A DNA stretch of 64,000 nucleotides. Origin: Vulcanimicrobiota bacterium (GTDB lineage: Bacteria > Vulcanimicrobiota > Xenobia > Xenobiales > JADMJV01). Location: positions 904,008-968,007 of the forward strand of contig JBFWNU010000001.1 in the NCBI GenBank assembly GCA_050250895.1, written 5' to 3'. The translations under genes were made by a program, and so were the position numbers. Numbering within the stretch: position 1 is the first letter of the stretch; every line of letters starts with the position of its first letter. This document shows, in pieces, positions 1 to 9,231 of this stretch. The notes below the pieces were generated by a model. It did no database searches. It was not told the origin of the DNA and saw only the letters and a program-made list of their open reading frames with translations.

Positions 1-3000
1 CAGGGTTCCGTCGCGACTACGCTTGCCTGACCCCGAGAGAGCCACGCCGTTGCTTTCGATGGTGAGATCGGTGATGCGAATCTCGCCTTGCTGACCGCTA
101 AAGTCCAACCTGGCCGAGTCGATGGCCAGGGGGTTGCCCGACAGCCACAGCCCGCCGTCGGTCAGGGCCACCGTGCCCGCCACCGAGGGGTGGGCCAGGC
201 CGCCCCAGATATGGAAATTGTCGGTGGCTACCTGACCATAGGGGATCAGGTAGGAGATGGCTCCCGGCAGAAACAGGGCCAGCTCGCTGGCCTTCCAGCC
301 ATTACTGGCCAGCCGCAGGTCGAGTTCCATTTCCCGGTTCAGCGCCAGCTCGCCGCGAGCGCGCAGCAGAGCCGTTTCTAGCGGAGAGCCGGTCTCTCCC
401 AGCAGCTTGGCGATGCGGGGATCGAAAGCCCGGCTCGAGACCAGCAGATCGTCGAGGCGCAACCGGCGAGCATCGGCCTGCACTCTAGCCCCCATCGAAT
501 AGGCATAGCTGCTGCGCAGACCGGGCACGTCAGGGTCTTTGTCGCCGACCAGTAGCCAGGGCACATCAAAAAGCGCCGTCAAGGTCGGCTGCCGAAGGGT
601 CCCACCCAGGCGGCCGTAAGCGAAGGCCAGGCCGGAGTCTAGCGAAAATCCCGCGATTTCGTTGAAAGAAGCCCCGTCAAACCAGGGTTCTGAGGCTAGC
701 CAACCGAGATCGATTCCCGAGGCGTCGATGCCCAGATTCAGGCCTCCGTTGGCCAGATTGGCCCGGCCCGAGAGCTGCACCGACCCGAAGGTCGGAAAGG
801 GAAAGCTGTCCACCTGGATGGCCGTCAGTGGCCCGGCCATGGTGGGACCGAAAAAGCCGTAAGCGTGCCCCTGGTAACGAGTCACCGGCAAGTCGAACCC
901 CTGGGAAAAAGGATTCTCCCAGGTCAATAGATTCCGGGAGAGGGTCAAGATCTGGCCTTTCAGGGCTCCCTCGCCGAACAGATCCAGACCCTTCAGGCCG
1001 TGGCGTCCGCCCAGTTCGCCGTTGTAGGCGAAGGCCAGGTTGTCGGGCACGCCGCGAGCGGCCAGGCGAGCCGAAAACGGTCCTATCTCGGCCGTGTCGG
1101 CCTGGACCCAGGCCGACACGCCGAGCTGTCCGTCGGTGCGTCGAAAGCCTTGCGAGACAGCCGTCATCTGGGGCCCGGTTAGGGCCGCGTGGAAAGAAGC
1201 CCGCCCATCGGCGTTGCCGCTGAGGGCGGCCACCAGGTCGCCCTCTCCGGGAAGTCCCAGGCTGGCCAGTCTGACTGCCTGGGTGGCCACCACCAACTCC
1301 GCGACCTGGCTACGCAGGTCGTAGAGGCCGGCCAGCTCGACCGTGCCCTGGCCCACCCTGGCTCGCAAGCCTGGCAACAATAGCTGCTCTGAGCTGGCTA
1401 CAAAAGCGCCTTCTAGTTCGTCAGCCCGAAGGTCTCGGTAGCGCACCTCGCCATCGGTGATGAAGCCGAGCGCTCGCAGCGACTGGGGCTGCTCGACATT
1501 GCCCCAGAAGCTGGCCCGACCGCTGACGACGGCGCTGGCCCCGTCAGCCTGGTCCCACGCAAACCGGGCCGTCGAAACCGAACCGTCGAGTTCGCCAGTC
1601 TTGGGGTCGTAGAGAGCAAAAGGAAGAGTAACCAACGAGGTGGTGTTGGAGGCCGAGCCGTCGTAGACGATGACCGTATCCCGGCTGGCCATAAAGCGGC
1701 CTCGGGCCTCGGTCAGACCCTGGCTCCAGGCCCCCAGCCCGCTGAGGTTGCCCTGCCCGTAGATGAGCGGGTTTTTCTCTGTGCCCAGCACCGAGACCGT
1801 GAAGTCACCGCTGCGGGCCACCCCGGGGGCCAGTTGGTCGAGGCGGGCGTTGCGCCCTTCAAGGCGTAGAGCCACCCCTAGTTCATCGCCCAGGAAAGCG
1901 AGACCGCGCCCCGCCAACTGCCCCAGCGAGGTGTCGGCTTCAAGATTGATCAAGGTGAGCAGATCTTGCTCGATGCGAAAGCGGGTCGTGAAACGATTGA
2001 CCTGCTCCTGTTCGACGGTCAGGTCCGTTCCGGTCAGCTGACCCTCGATGGTGGGCTTGTCCCAGGCCCCCTCGACGGTCGCGTCCAGGGCCACCTGACC
2101 GGTCGCTTCGGGAGCTTTGGCCAACAGCTTACGCGCCTCGCCCAGGTCGATGCTGGGCATGGTCAAGCTGAGATTGAGCCGGTTGATGGGCTTGAAATTG
2201 GCCTCGCCCCAGAGCTTGAAGTCCAGGCCGTGAACTTTGCCGGTGAGCCCCTCGGTCCGCAGGGCACTTCCCACCAGTTCGAGGCCGCCGCTCAGGTCGT
2301 CGACCGGCGCCGGCATCGCGGGCGACTGAAACGACACCTGAGCGAGCCGAATCTCGCCCAGGACGAAGAGATGGCGCGCGATCTGATCCCACAGACCGGC
2401 CTCGGAGTGCAACAGCAGGTTGGCCGTGACCGTACCCGAGTCGATGATGGTCATGCCCGGTCCGAAGCCGGGGTGCCCGCTGAACGGACTCAACTCGAGT
2501 TGCTCGACGTCCGCCAACAGATGCACTCGGGGCGGGGACATGGCCACCTGGCCGCGCAGGCTGAACCGGCCCTCGGCGGACTCGAGCGGACGAAAGCCAA
2601 AGTCGAGCGCTATCGGTTGACCGGGCTCGAAGTCGATCTGACCCTTCCAGTCTGAAAGCTCATAGAGAAAGCCGGCGCCACGCTCATCCCGATAGATGAT
2701 GTAGCCGTCTTCGAAGACCACCTGGGCTCGAAATCGTTCCAGAAAGCCGCTGTCGCCACGCAGGTCGCTGGGCAACAGAGAGGTCAGGTTGACTGACCCG
2801 CCGGGGTCGACGACCACTCGAAGACCCGGATTCACCAGCTTGATCCGGCGCATGGACTCGGCCCAGCGCCCGCGCAACAGAGCTCCCAGGCGCGCATTGA
2901 GCACCACCTGGTCGACTTCGAGCACCGACTGGCCGTCGGGGGTCGTCATCTTGACGTCTTCGAGCACCGCGCCCGTCAGGCGGAGATGGGCTTCACCCAC

Positions 3001-3165
3001 CCGCAAATCGCCATTGATCTGGGCGCGCACGGGCCCCAGCACGAACTGCACGAGCGGGTCGAAGAACAAGACCAGCGAGGCCAACAGCGCCAACAGAAGA
3101 ACAAGGCCCGCCAAGGCGAGCCGGGTCGCGATCTTTTTGAGGGCCTTCACATCGAGCTGAGCCAC
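1..3165 (-). CDS. AsmA/TamB-like large envelope protein (runs off the left edge of the window)
   Basis: Not in the ORF track because it has no stop in the window. Manual translation from GTG at 3165 gives MAQLDVKALKKIATRLALAGLVLLLALLASLVLFFDPLV (N-terminal TM anchor), followed by Gly/Leu-rich beta-strand-like sequence typical of AsmA/TamB proteins. Frame spot-checked, not read in full. Confidence 0.65.
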   Translation of the reverse strand, partial: MAQLDVKALKKIATRLALAGLVLLLALLASLVLFFDPLVQFVLGPVRAQINGDLRVGEAHLRLTGAVLEDVKMTTPDGQSVLEVDQVVLNARLGALLRGRWAESMRRIKLVNPGLRVVVDPGGSVNLTSLLPSDLRGDSGFLERFRAQVVFEDGYIIYRDERGAGFLYELSDWKGQIDFEPGQPIALDFGFRPLESAEGRFSLRGQVAMSPPRVHLLADVEQLELSPFSGHPGFGPGMTIIDSGTVTANLLLHSEAGLWDQIARHLFVLGEIRLAQVSFQSPAMPAPVDDLSGGLELVGSALRTEGLTGKVHGLDFKLWGEANFKPINRLNLSLTMPSIDLGEARKLLAKAPEATGQVALDATVEGAWDKPTIEGQLTGTDLTVEQEQVNRFTTRFRIEQDLLTLINLEADTSLGQLAGRGLAFLGDELGVALRLEGRNARLDQLAPGVARSGDFTVSVLGTEKNPLIYGQGNLSGLGAWSQGLTEARGRFMASRDTVIVYDGSASNTTSLVTLPFALYDPKTGELDGSVSTARFAWDQADGASAVVSGRASFWGNVEQPQSLRALGFITDGEVRYRDLRADELEGAFVASSEQLLLPGLRARVGQGTVELAGLYDLRSQVAELVVATQAVRLASLGLPGEGDLVAALSGNADGRASFHAALTGPQMTAVSQGFRRTDGQLGVSAWVQADTAEIGPFSARLAARGVPDNLAFAYNGELGGRHGLKGLDLFGEGALKGQILTLSRNLLTWENPFSQGFDLPVTRYQGHAYGFFGPTMAGPLTAIQVDSFPFPTFGSVQLSGRANLANGGLNLGIDASGIDLGWLASEPWFDGASFNEIAGFSLDSGLAFAYGRLGGTLRQPTLTALFDVPWLLVGDKDPDVPGLRSSYAYSMGARVQADARRLRLDDLLVSSRAFDPRIAKLLGETGSPLETALLRARGELALNREMELDLRLASNGWKASELALFLPGAISYLIPYGQVATDNFHIWGGLAHPSVAGTVALTDGGLWLSGNPLAIDSARLDFSGQQGEIRITDLTIESNGVALSGSGKRSRDGTL

Positions 3166-3399
3166 GTTCTATTTCAACCTGTCATGGTGTCCCGAGTTCT
3201 GGTTTTCGCATGGTTATCAGCCTTTCCTGTCGTTATTTGAAGCGTTTTCAAGATCGCGAGTTCACATTTTTGGCGCGCGAGGGGCTGGCCAGAACGCCTT
3301 CGACCCCATCGTTGGCGCCAGGTCTTCCCGCCTCGGCACATCTTCCGCTACGCCGACCAGGCGGCCGCCCACGGAGCTTAGGGCCAGGCCCTTAGGGCG

Positions 3400-4548
3400 C
3401 TAGGCTTCGACGGGGACGCGATAGCCCCCGATGTCGACGGCTTCCTCGTCGATCTGAATCGGCTTTACCTCACGCTCTGGGCCGAGCAGATAGTTGCGCG
3501 CCCGAGTCGGGTCGAGGGGCACAGGGTCGCAGAGACGCTCCTGACCGTCGCATTGGATCTTCAATTGGCCTTTGTCCCAGCCCGCGAGCTGCCCACGAGC
3601 CACCGGAAAGAACCCCTGGTCGCCCTGTACGAACACGGTCGGACCGTCGCTCTCTTGGGCCTGGGCGGCCAACCGCCCGTCACTTGACCAGAAAACAGCC
3701 TCGACACGGTAAGGAAGGCCAGCCTGGCCAGGCACGACCAGACCTCGTTCAAAAGCCACCGCGGGCGGTCCGTCCTCGGCCCAATAGACCTGGTCGAGCT
3801 TCCCTCTCGAGGGCAACGCCTCGAGTTCGGCACCGGGCAACCGCGCCCAGAAATATTGTTGGCCCGAGTTAAAGACGACCTGAGAGTGGTCTTTGGAGAG
3901 CAAGCGATGATCGGGCAGGGCGTAGCCAAACTGCTCGAGCAGTCTGCTGGCGACCGCTTCGTCGATTCCCGGAAAGAGTTCGCGATAGGTGCTCAGCAGG
4001 GGCCGACGCACGGGCGTGCCCAGTTCCTCCGCCGCCTGCACATCCTCGAGCATGGCCATGGTCCCGTTGGGTTCGACCACGTAGTAGGTGGGAACCGAGG
4101 CGATTCCCCAACTGCTGTCGTGAGAGCACACCAGCAAGCGATCGTCGGCCAGGTACTCGACCCGCTCGATCCAGCGGGGTGTGTGACAAAGTTCGCGCTG
4201 ACCAGCCTGGTCCACGACCATGACCCGGTCGTGGTTGGCGTAAGCCAGGGCGCCGCCGTCCGAGCGCAGGTCGAGCGAGCCCAGGCTAAAGCCCTGGGCC
4301 AGCTTACGAGGGCTCTCGCCCGCAGAGGCGAGCCACAATTCCTTGGCCCCACCCTGACCGGCAACCAGGGCCGCTACCGAACCGTCGTCGGCCACCGAAA
4401 GGCTGTCGAGGGGCCGGGCGAAATCGATGGAAAGCTGGTTTTTCCCCTCGACAATAGCAAAGTTGCCCTCCGGATGGGCCGTAAAGCGGGCCTGCGGAGA
4501 ACGGTCAGCCGGCGGGGAGACGTTGAGAGCATTGGCCGGAATGTCCAT
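3400..4548 (-). CDS. Hypothetical protein, WD40/TolB-like beta-propeller
   Basis: 382-aa ORF with propeller-type motifs (LSVADDGS, LRSDGGALAY, FWSSDGRLA). Confidence 0.55.
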   Translation of the reverse strand: MDIPANALNVSPPADRSPQARFTAHPEGNFAIVEGKNQLSIDFARPLDSLSVADDGSVAALVAGQGGAKELWLASAGESPRKLAQGFSLGSLDLRSDGGALAYANHDRVMVVDQAGQRELCHTPRWIERVEYLADDRLLVCSHDSSWGIASVPTYYVVEPNGTMAMLEDVQAAEELGTPVRRPLLSTYRELFPGIDEAVASRLLEQFGYALPDHRLLSKDHSQVVFNSGQQYFWARLPGAELEALPSRGKLDQVYWAEDGPPAVAFERGLVVPGQAGLPYRVEAVFWSSDGRLAAQAQESDGPTVFVQGDQGFFPVARGQLAGWDKGQLKIQCDGQERLCDPVPLDPTRARNYLLGPEREVKPIQIDEEAVDIGGYRVPVEA

Positions 4549-4557
4549 CTGGCGGCT

Positions 4558-4600
4558 ATTGTCTGGCTGGGGCCCGAACGAGTTGTGAACCCGCCGTAAA
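4558..4600 (-). promoter_or_regulatory. Direct-repeat activator site plus -10 (TTTACGG-N4-TTCACAA-N19-GACAAT)
   Basis: Read directly on the minus strand; same geometry as five other promoters in the window. Confidence 0.55.
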
Positions 4601-4655
4601 TTTCAGCCTGGGTGGCCTGAAGGCGACCTCTTCAGCGTAGCGAATTCTTCTTCTG

Positions 4656-5852
4656 ATGGACTCCCTTCGGCCTGTCTCGTTGCGCGCCACCCCGACGAGT
4701 CGCCCCGCGACCGCGTCGGCGGCCCAAGCCCCCGCCGAGCCCCCTCTCGAGACCTCCGACATCGTGTCGGTGCAGGGCTTTACCCCCGGCCAGGTGCGCT
4801 GGGAGTCGGCCAAGGCAGTGGCCAGAGCAGCGGCTGAGGTCAGTCTGCCTCTGGCCCTCGGCGCCACTTTCGGTTTGCCCGGGCTGGCCCTCGGCACGGC
4901 CGTCTCGACGGTCTCGGCCACCGCCCAGAGCGAGGCCCTCAGCCTGGGCGGCCGCCTCAAAGACGGCCTGATGATGGGCGCGCTGCCGCTGGGGCTAGCG
5001 CTCTCGATGGCCCTGCCCGGAGCCGGCCTGGCCGCCCTGTTCGGCGCGGGAACGGCCATCATATTGGGCAAAGGCGCCGCCCTGGCGGCAGCCGCCGCCT
5101 TTCCCTGGTTCGCCGGAAAGTCGGCTCACGAAAAGTTCAGCCAGGAGCCCAAGGTTCGGCTAGCCCCCAAGACCTTCAACCCCAAAATGTCCGAGGCTTT
5201 GAAGCAACGTCTCAAAGCCCACGGTGTCGAGCAAACCGGGTCAGCCGCCAAGACGGTCGCCCTGGCCTGTCAGCACCTGGGTCCGGCGGCCGTACTGGCT
5301 GTGGCCGATCAGGTCGGGGCCGAGCTCATCACTCCCGGGGCAGCCGACCTCATCAACCAGGTGAGCATGAAAGCCCACCCTGGCGAGAAGGGGGCCGATG
5401 GGGTCACGCTGGCCAGTTTGCACGGCACGCCGGGTCTGGCCACCGTCCACGACATCGTGCTTGATGCCGACTTCGTCAAGGCCAACGAAGCCCGCCCCGC
5501 CGCCGTGGCCTGGGTGAAGGGCCACGAGCAGAGCCACATCGACCACAAAGACGTGCTGGCTGGCACGGCCCGCTCGGCCCTGCTCAAAATGCTGAAAAAC
5601 TCTGCCTGGACCTGCCCCGGCCTGGCCGGCCTGGCTTTGCGAGAACTGGAGCTGCAAGATGCAAGAGATAGCCGTTCGCGCGAGTCGAGGGCCGACCGCG
5701 AAGGCTTCGACTACGCTCTGGCCCAGGGCCACAGTCGCGAAGAAACCCTGGAAGCCATTCAAGGCATTCTCAAGCAAACCACCGACCACGAAGAACTCGA
5801 CCGTCACCCCGCTGGAGCCGTGCGCGTCGAAGACCTGAAGAATTACAGCTGA
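4656..5852 (+). CDS. M48-family zinc metallopeptidase with hydrophobic segment and disordered N-terminus
   Basis: GHEQSH (HExxH), SRESRADREG (third-ligand E-x-x-AD motif) and C-terminal HPAGAVR. Confidence 0.75.
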   Translation: MDSLRPVSLRATPTSRPATASAAQAPAEPPLETSDIVSVQGFTPGQVRWESAKAVARAAAEVSLPLALGATFGLPGLALGTAVSTVSATAQSEALSLGGRLKDGLMMGALPLGLALSMALPGAGLAALFGAGTAIILGKGAALAAAAAFPWFAGKSAHEKFSQEPKVRLAPKTFNPKMSEALKQRLKAHGVEQTGSAAKTVALACQHLGPAAVLAVADQVGAELITPGAADLINQVSMKAHPGEKGADGVTLASLHGTPGLATVHDIVLDADFVKANEARPAAVAWVKGHEQSHIDHKDVLAGTARSALLKMLKNSAWTCPGLAGLALRELELQDARDSRSRESRADREGFDYALAQGHSREETLEAIQGILKQTTDHEELDRHPAGAVRVEDLKNYS

Positions 5853-6934
5853 CGCGCCAGTTGCCGGGAATAGAAGCAGTTCCTGTCGACTAGCTCCTTC
5901 AAGCGCGCCTGCCGAGCCTCGGGCTTGAGTTCGCGTAGCTGACGGGCGTGGCGCTCACGATGCTCGCCGGATCGGTCGTCGAGACGATGGATCAACGCCA
6001 GCGCACTCACCAGCGCCCTCTCCTGAGCCACACTCCTACCGGATAGCGCTGGCTGGGCAGCAGCGGCGACCAGCGAGTCGACGGCCGCCCAATACAGATT
6101 GTGCTCAAAGCGAGCTCGGGTAGCGCTCTCCAAAGCCTGTTTCACCCTCCGACGAGCCCGGGCCCCGGCTCGCTGAGCGCAGCCACGCAACACCTGCTCA
6201 TGCCCTTCCCGCCGCACCTTCTCGCTCAGACCCACCATCAATGCGCCCGGGTCGCGCATCATCCCCGCGCAGCCGAATCCGATGAATCGAACCAGACCAG
6301 CCCGGTCGAGCCTTCGGGCCAGGTGCCGGCAAAGATCGGCGTAAAGCGCAAACCAGCCGGTCACGAAGCCATCGGCCGCTACTGCCTCGCGCAGGTCTTT
6401 GACATGGCGCCACTCACGCTCGACCGCCTCGAGCGGGTCCCCCTTCAGCAGGCTCGGGCGCAGCCTCGCCGCCGCCTCGCCCACCAGTCGCTGATTGTAG
6501 TCGGGTGCGCAGCAGGCCAGGGTAGCTGCCATGTTCTCCTGCAACGGCTCCACCTGTTCAGGATGGATGCCGAATTGCACCTCGCCATCCTCGTCGCCCA
6601 GCACTTTGACTGATTGGCCCTGGCCAAGGCCCACCAAGAGGCGACAGAACTCCCCCAGCCAAAACATGCTGGGGCGTCGTCTCGGGTCGATCTCCAGCCG
6701 ATAGGGCGGGTTCGCCTGGACCTCTTTCTCGAAGAGCACCACCACGTCACCGTCGGGGGTCGCCTCGACGACCCCCTGCAGCCAGTTAGCGCCGACCAGG
6801 AACTGCCCTGGCCGACCCTGACGAGCGGCCATCGAGGCCAGTAAAACCTGGTCGACCAGGACTGGCGACACGGCCGTCAAAGCCCGGCTGAGAGTGCCTC
6901 CGTCGGCCACCAAACGGTCGATGGTGATTTCCAT
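5843..6934 (-). CDS. Hypothetical protein
   Basis: 363-aa ATG ORF; fills the gap and is co-oriented with the upstream Cys-rich ORF. Confidence 0.6.
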   Translation of the reverse strand: MEITIDRLVADGGTLSRALTAVSPVLVDQVLLASMAARQGRPGQFLVGANWLQGVVEATPDGDVVVLFEKEVQANPPYRLEIDPRRRPSMFWLGEFCRLLVGLGQGQSVKVLGDEDGEVQFGIHPEQVEPLQENMAATLACCAPDYNQRLVGEAAARLRPSLLKGDPLEAVEREWRHVKDLREAVAADGFVTGWFALYADLCRHLARRLDRAGLVRFIGFGCAGMMRDPGALMVGLSEKVRREGHEQVLRGCAQRAGARARRRVKQALESATRARFEHNLYWAAVDSLVAAAAQPALSGRSVAQERALVSALALIHRLDDRSGEHRERHARQLRELKPEARQARLKELVDRNCFYSRQLARQL

Positions 6935-6982
6935 GGCCGGCCTCTTCCCACTAGTCGAAAGAAGCCCTTCCAGCCATCGCGG

Positions 6983-7594
6983 CTAGCTCTTGCCGGCTGA
7001 GTCGCTACCGCAACTGCCGCCGGTGCCGGCATCCTTGCCACCGCTATCCGTGCTGCCCGCGTCCTTGCCACCGCAGGTGCCCGCGTCCTTGCCGGCATCT
7101 TTGCCGCAAGTGTCGGTCGCCGCATCTTTGCCACAGGTGCCCGGGCTGGCGGTATCCTTGCCAGTGCAAGTATCCTTACCAACATCTTTGCTTTCGCAGA
7201 CGCCGTTCTCGTCGCGGCTGCAGCATTCTGTCTTGCTGGCCTCCTGCTTGCTCTCGCACTGGCTTTTCTCGTTCTTGGAGCACTGGCTGGCCGTCTCGGC
7301 GCTGGCCTGCGCCACGCACTCGCGCTCGCCGTGGTCGCCACCCTGAGAGCCAAGAAAGGTCGTCAATTGAGCGTGGGCGGCCTGTTTGGCGCTGGCGAAC
7401 CGAGCCTTGAACTCGAGTTCCGCCGAGGCCCCTCCGAACTGGCTGTTGCCTGACATCGGATAGTTGCCGCAGGCCAGGCCATAGGCCGACAGGTCAAAAC
7501 TGATGAAGGGACTGACGCTGGCGCTCAGGTCGGCGCAGCTACTGGCCGAGGCCAGTTGTTGGAAAGCGATTCGGATTTCGAAACTACTGATCAT
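6983..7594 (-). CDS. Cys-rich low-complexity protein with (T/C)GKD repeats
   Basis: 203-aa ORF with AAGGAG RBS; C-terminal repeats TCGKDA/GGKDAG and about 13 Cys. Confidence 0.7.
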   Translation of the reverse strand: MISSFEIRIAFQQLASASSCADLSASVSPFISFDLSAYGLACGNYPMSGNSQFGGASAELEFKARFASAKQAAHAQLTTFLGSQGGDHGERECVAQASAETASQCSKNEKSQCESKQEASKTECCSRDENGVCESKDVGKDTCTGKDTASPGTCGKDAATDTCGKDAGKDAGTCGGKDAGSTDSGGKDAGTGGSCGSDSAGKS

Positions 7595-7736
7595 CCGGGG
7601 GGACTCCTTCTAATAAAGTGATTACCTCTATTGAAGCCGCCGGAGTTGGAGATCCTCTTGGAGTTGCGCCCGGAGATGTGAACGAGTTATTGCCCAATTA
7701 TTGCTGGATCGAACTGTTGCGCGATTCTAACACGCG

Positions 7737-8016
7737 CCGCCCTGCGGGCGGGGGAGCGCTGGCTTTGCCAGCGGGAGAAGGAGCGGCTACGCCGAGCTCT
7801 CGCCCTGCGGGCGACAGCGGGGCGGCTACGCCGAGAGCGACCCCCAGCTCAACCACCTCGAATTGAGCGCCAGCTCGATTCGCTCCCACCTCCCGGCGCA
7901 GCCGGGCTCGCAACTCCGAGCGAAGCGAGGCTCCTTTCTCGGCCGAAGGCCGACGGCTCGGCCGAAGGCCGACGGCTCGGCCGAAGGCCGACGGCTCCTT
8001 TCTCGGCCGCAGGCCG
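7737..8016. repeat. Cluster of triloop mini-hairpins including a 3x 19-bp tandem repeat (ctcggccgaaggccgacgg, 7938-7994)
   Basis: About 11 short perfect inverted repeats with 3-nt loops, read directly from the intergenic sequence. Confidence 0.8.
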
Positions 8017-8403
8017 TTAGCCAAGCAGGTCCCACTTGTTGCCGGCGATGTCTTCGAAGACGACCACCCGGCCGTAAGGCTCCTGCCGGGGTTGGCCGTG
8101 GAAGACGACGCCAGCGGCCTGCAGGCGAGCATAGCTTGCCTCGAAGTCGTCGACGCGCAGGAAGAAGCCCACCCGGCCGGCCATCTGGCGGCCCACGAAA
8201 GGCTGCTGCTGGGGACCGTCGGCGCGAGCCAGCAGTAGCCCGGTCTCGGCTCCAGGCGGGCGAACGACCACCCAGCGCTTGGGGCGGCCGTCGTTCGTCA
8301 GCGAAGGGGTGTCTTCGACCAGTTCAAAGCCGAGCACCTCGACAAAGAAGGCGATGGCCGGGTCGTACTCTTCGACCACCAGGCTGACCAATTGCAGGTG
8401 CAA
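8017..8403 (-). CDS. VOC/glyoxalase-family protein
   Basis: LVVEEYDPAIAFFVEVLGF ... EPYGRVVVFEDIAGNKWDL. Confidence 0.9.
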   Translation of the reverse strand: MHLQLVSLVVEEYDPAIAFFVEVLGFELVEDTPSLTNDGRPKRWVVVRPPGAETGLLLARADGPQQQPFVGRQMAGRVGFFLRVDDFEASYARLQAAGVVFHGQPRQEPYGRVVVFEDIAGNKWDLLG

Positions 8404-8754
8404 CTACCAGATACCGAGGAACATGCGGGCTTCTTCCGAGGCGTGCACGGTGGGATCCCAGCGGGGCTTCCAGACCAGGTTGACCTCGCAGTCTTTGACA
8501 CCCTCGAGGCGCTTGACGGTGATCCAGACGGCGCTCTTGAGTTCAGGCCCGGCCGGACAACCCGGGCTGGTCAAAGTCATGTTGACATCGACCACGCCCG
8601 TTTCTTCATTGGGAATGACGTCGTAGATGAGGCCAAGGTCGACGATATTGATGCCGATCTCGGGGTCGATGACCTCTTTGATGGCCTCACGAATGGTCTC
8701 GGGGTCGGGCATCTGACCGGTGGTCTGGGCGGTGGTTTCGGTGGTTTCTGACAT
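8404..8754 (-). CDS. sufT: Fe-S cluster assembly protein SufT (DUF59)
   Basis: VIDPEIGINIVDLGLIY, MTLTSPGCP. Confidence 0.9.
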   Translation of the reverse strand: MSETTETTAQTTGQMPDPETIREAIKEVIDPEIGINIVDLGLIYDVIPNEETGVVDVNMTLTSPGCPAGPELKSAVWITVKRLEGVKDCEVNLVWKPRWDPTVHASEEARMFLGIW

Positions 8755-8766
8755 GATATTTCCTCC

Positions 8767-9231
8767 TCAGGCGCAGTTCTCTTGGGGTAGGGCCTGCAGC
8801 AATGTGTTCCAGGCTAGTAGCGCGCACTTGATGCGCACGGGATATTGGCGAACGCCGTCGAGGGCCTCGAGATCTTCGAGATCCAGCTCGGACTCGGGCA
8901 AATCGCCTCGGGTCAGCATGCGGGCTTTGAAACAGCCGCATAGCTTGCGGGCATAGTCGACGCTGTGGCCGCACAGCATGCAGGTCAGCATCGAGGCCGA
9001 GGCAAGCGAAATAGAGCAGCCCTGACCACCGAAGCCGATGTCCTTGATAATACCGTCTTCAATCTGAAGCTCGATCTCGACCTCGTCGCCGCAGGTGGGA
9101 TTGAATCCCTCCTCTGAATGGGTCGGACAACACAGCTTCTTCTTGTGGACCGGGCGAGCATAGTGTTCGAGAATGATCTCGCGATAGAGGTCGTCTCCCA
9201 TGAAGTCTTTTTCGGATTGGCTAATGGACAC
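8767..9231 (-). CDS. sufU: SUF system NifU-type protein SufU
   Basis: LYREIILEHY, NPTCGDE, GCSISLASAS, RIKCALLAW. Confidence 0.93.
   Translation of the reverse strand: MSISQSEKDFMGDDLYREIILEHYARPVHKKKLCCPTHSEEGFNPTCGDEVEIELQIEDGIIKDIGFGGQGCSISLASASMLTCMLCGHSVDYARKLCGCFKARMLTRGDLPESELDLEDLEALDGVRQYPVRIKCALLAWNTLLQALPQENCA

Noticed and set aside
3170-3399. Possible ncRNA or riboswitch upstream of the TamB-like gene
   Set aside because: No recognisable family motif or convincing structure by eye; an Infernal/Rfam scan would be needed.
7938-7994. 19-bp palindromic tandem repeat as a CRISPR array
   Set aside because: The units abut with no spacers, and there are no cas genes in the window.
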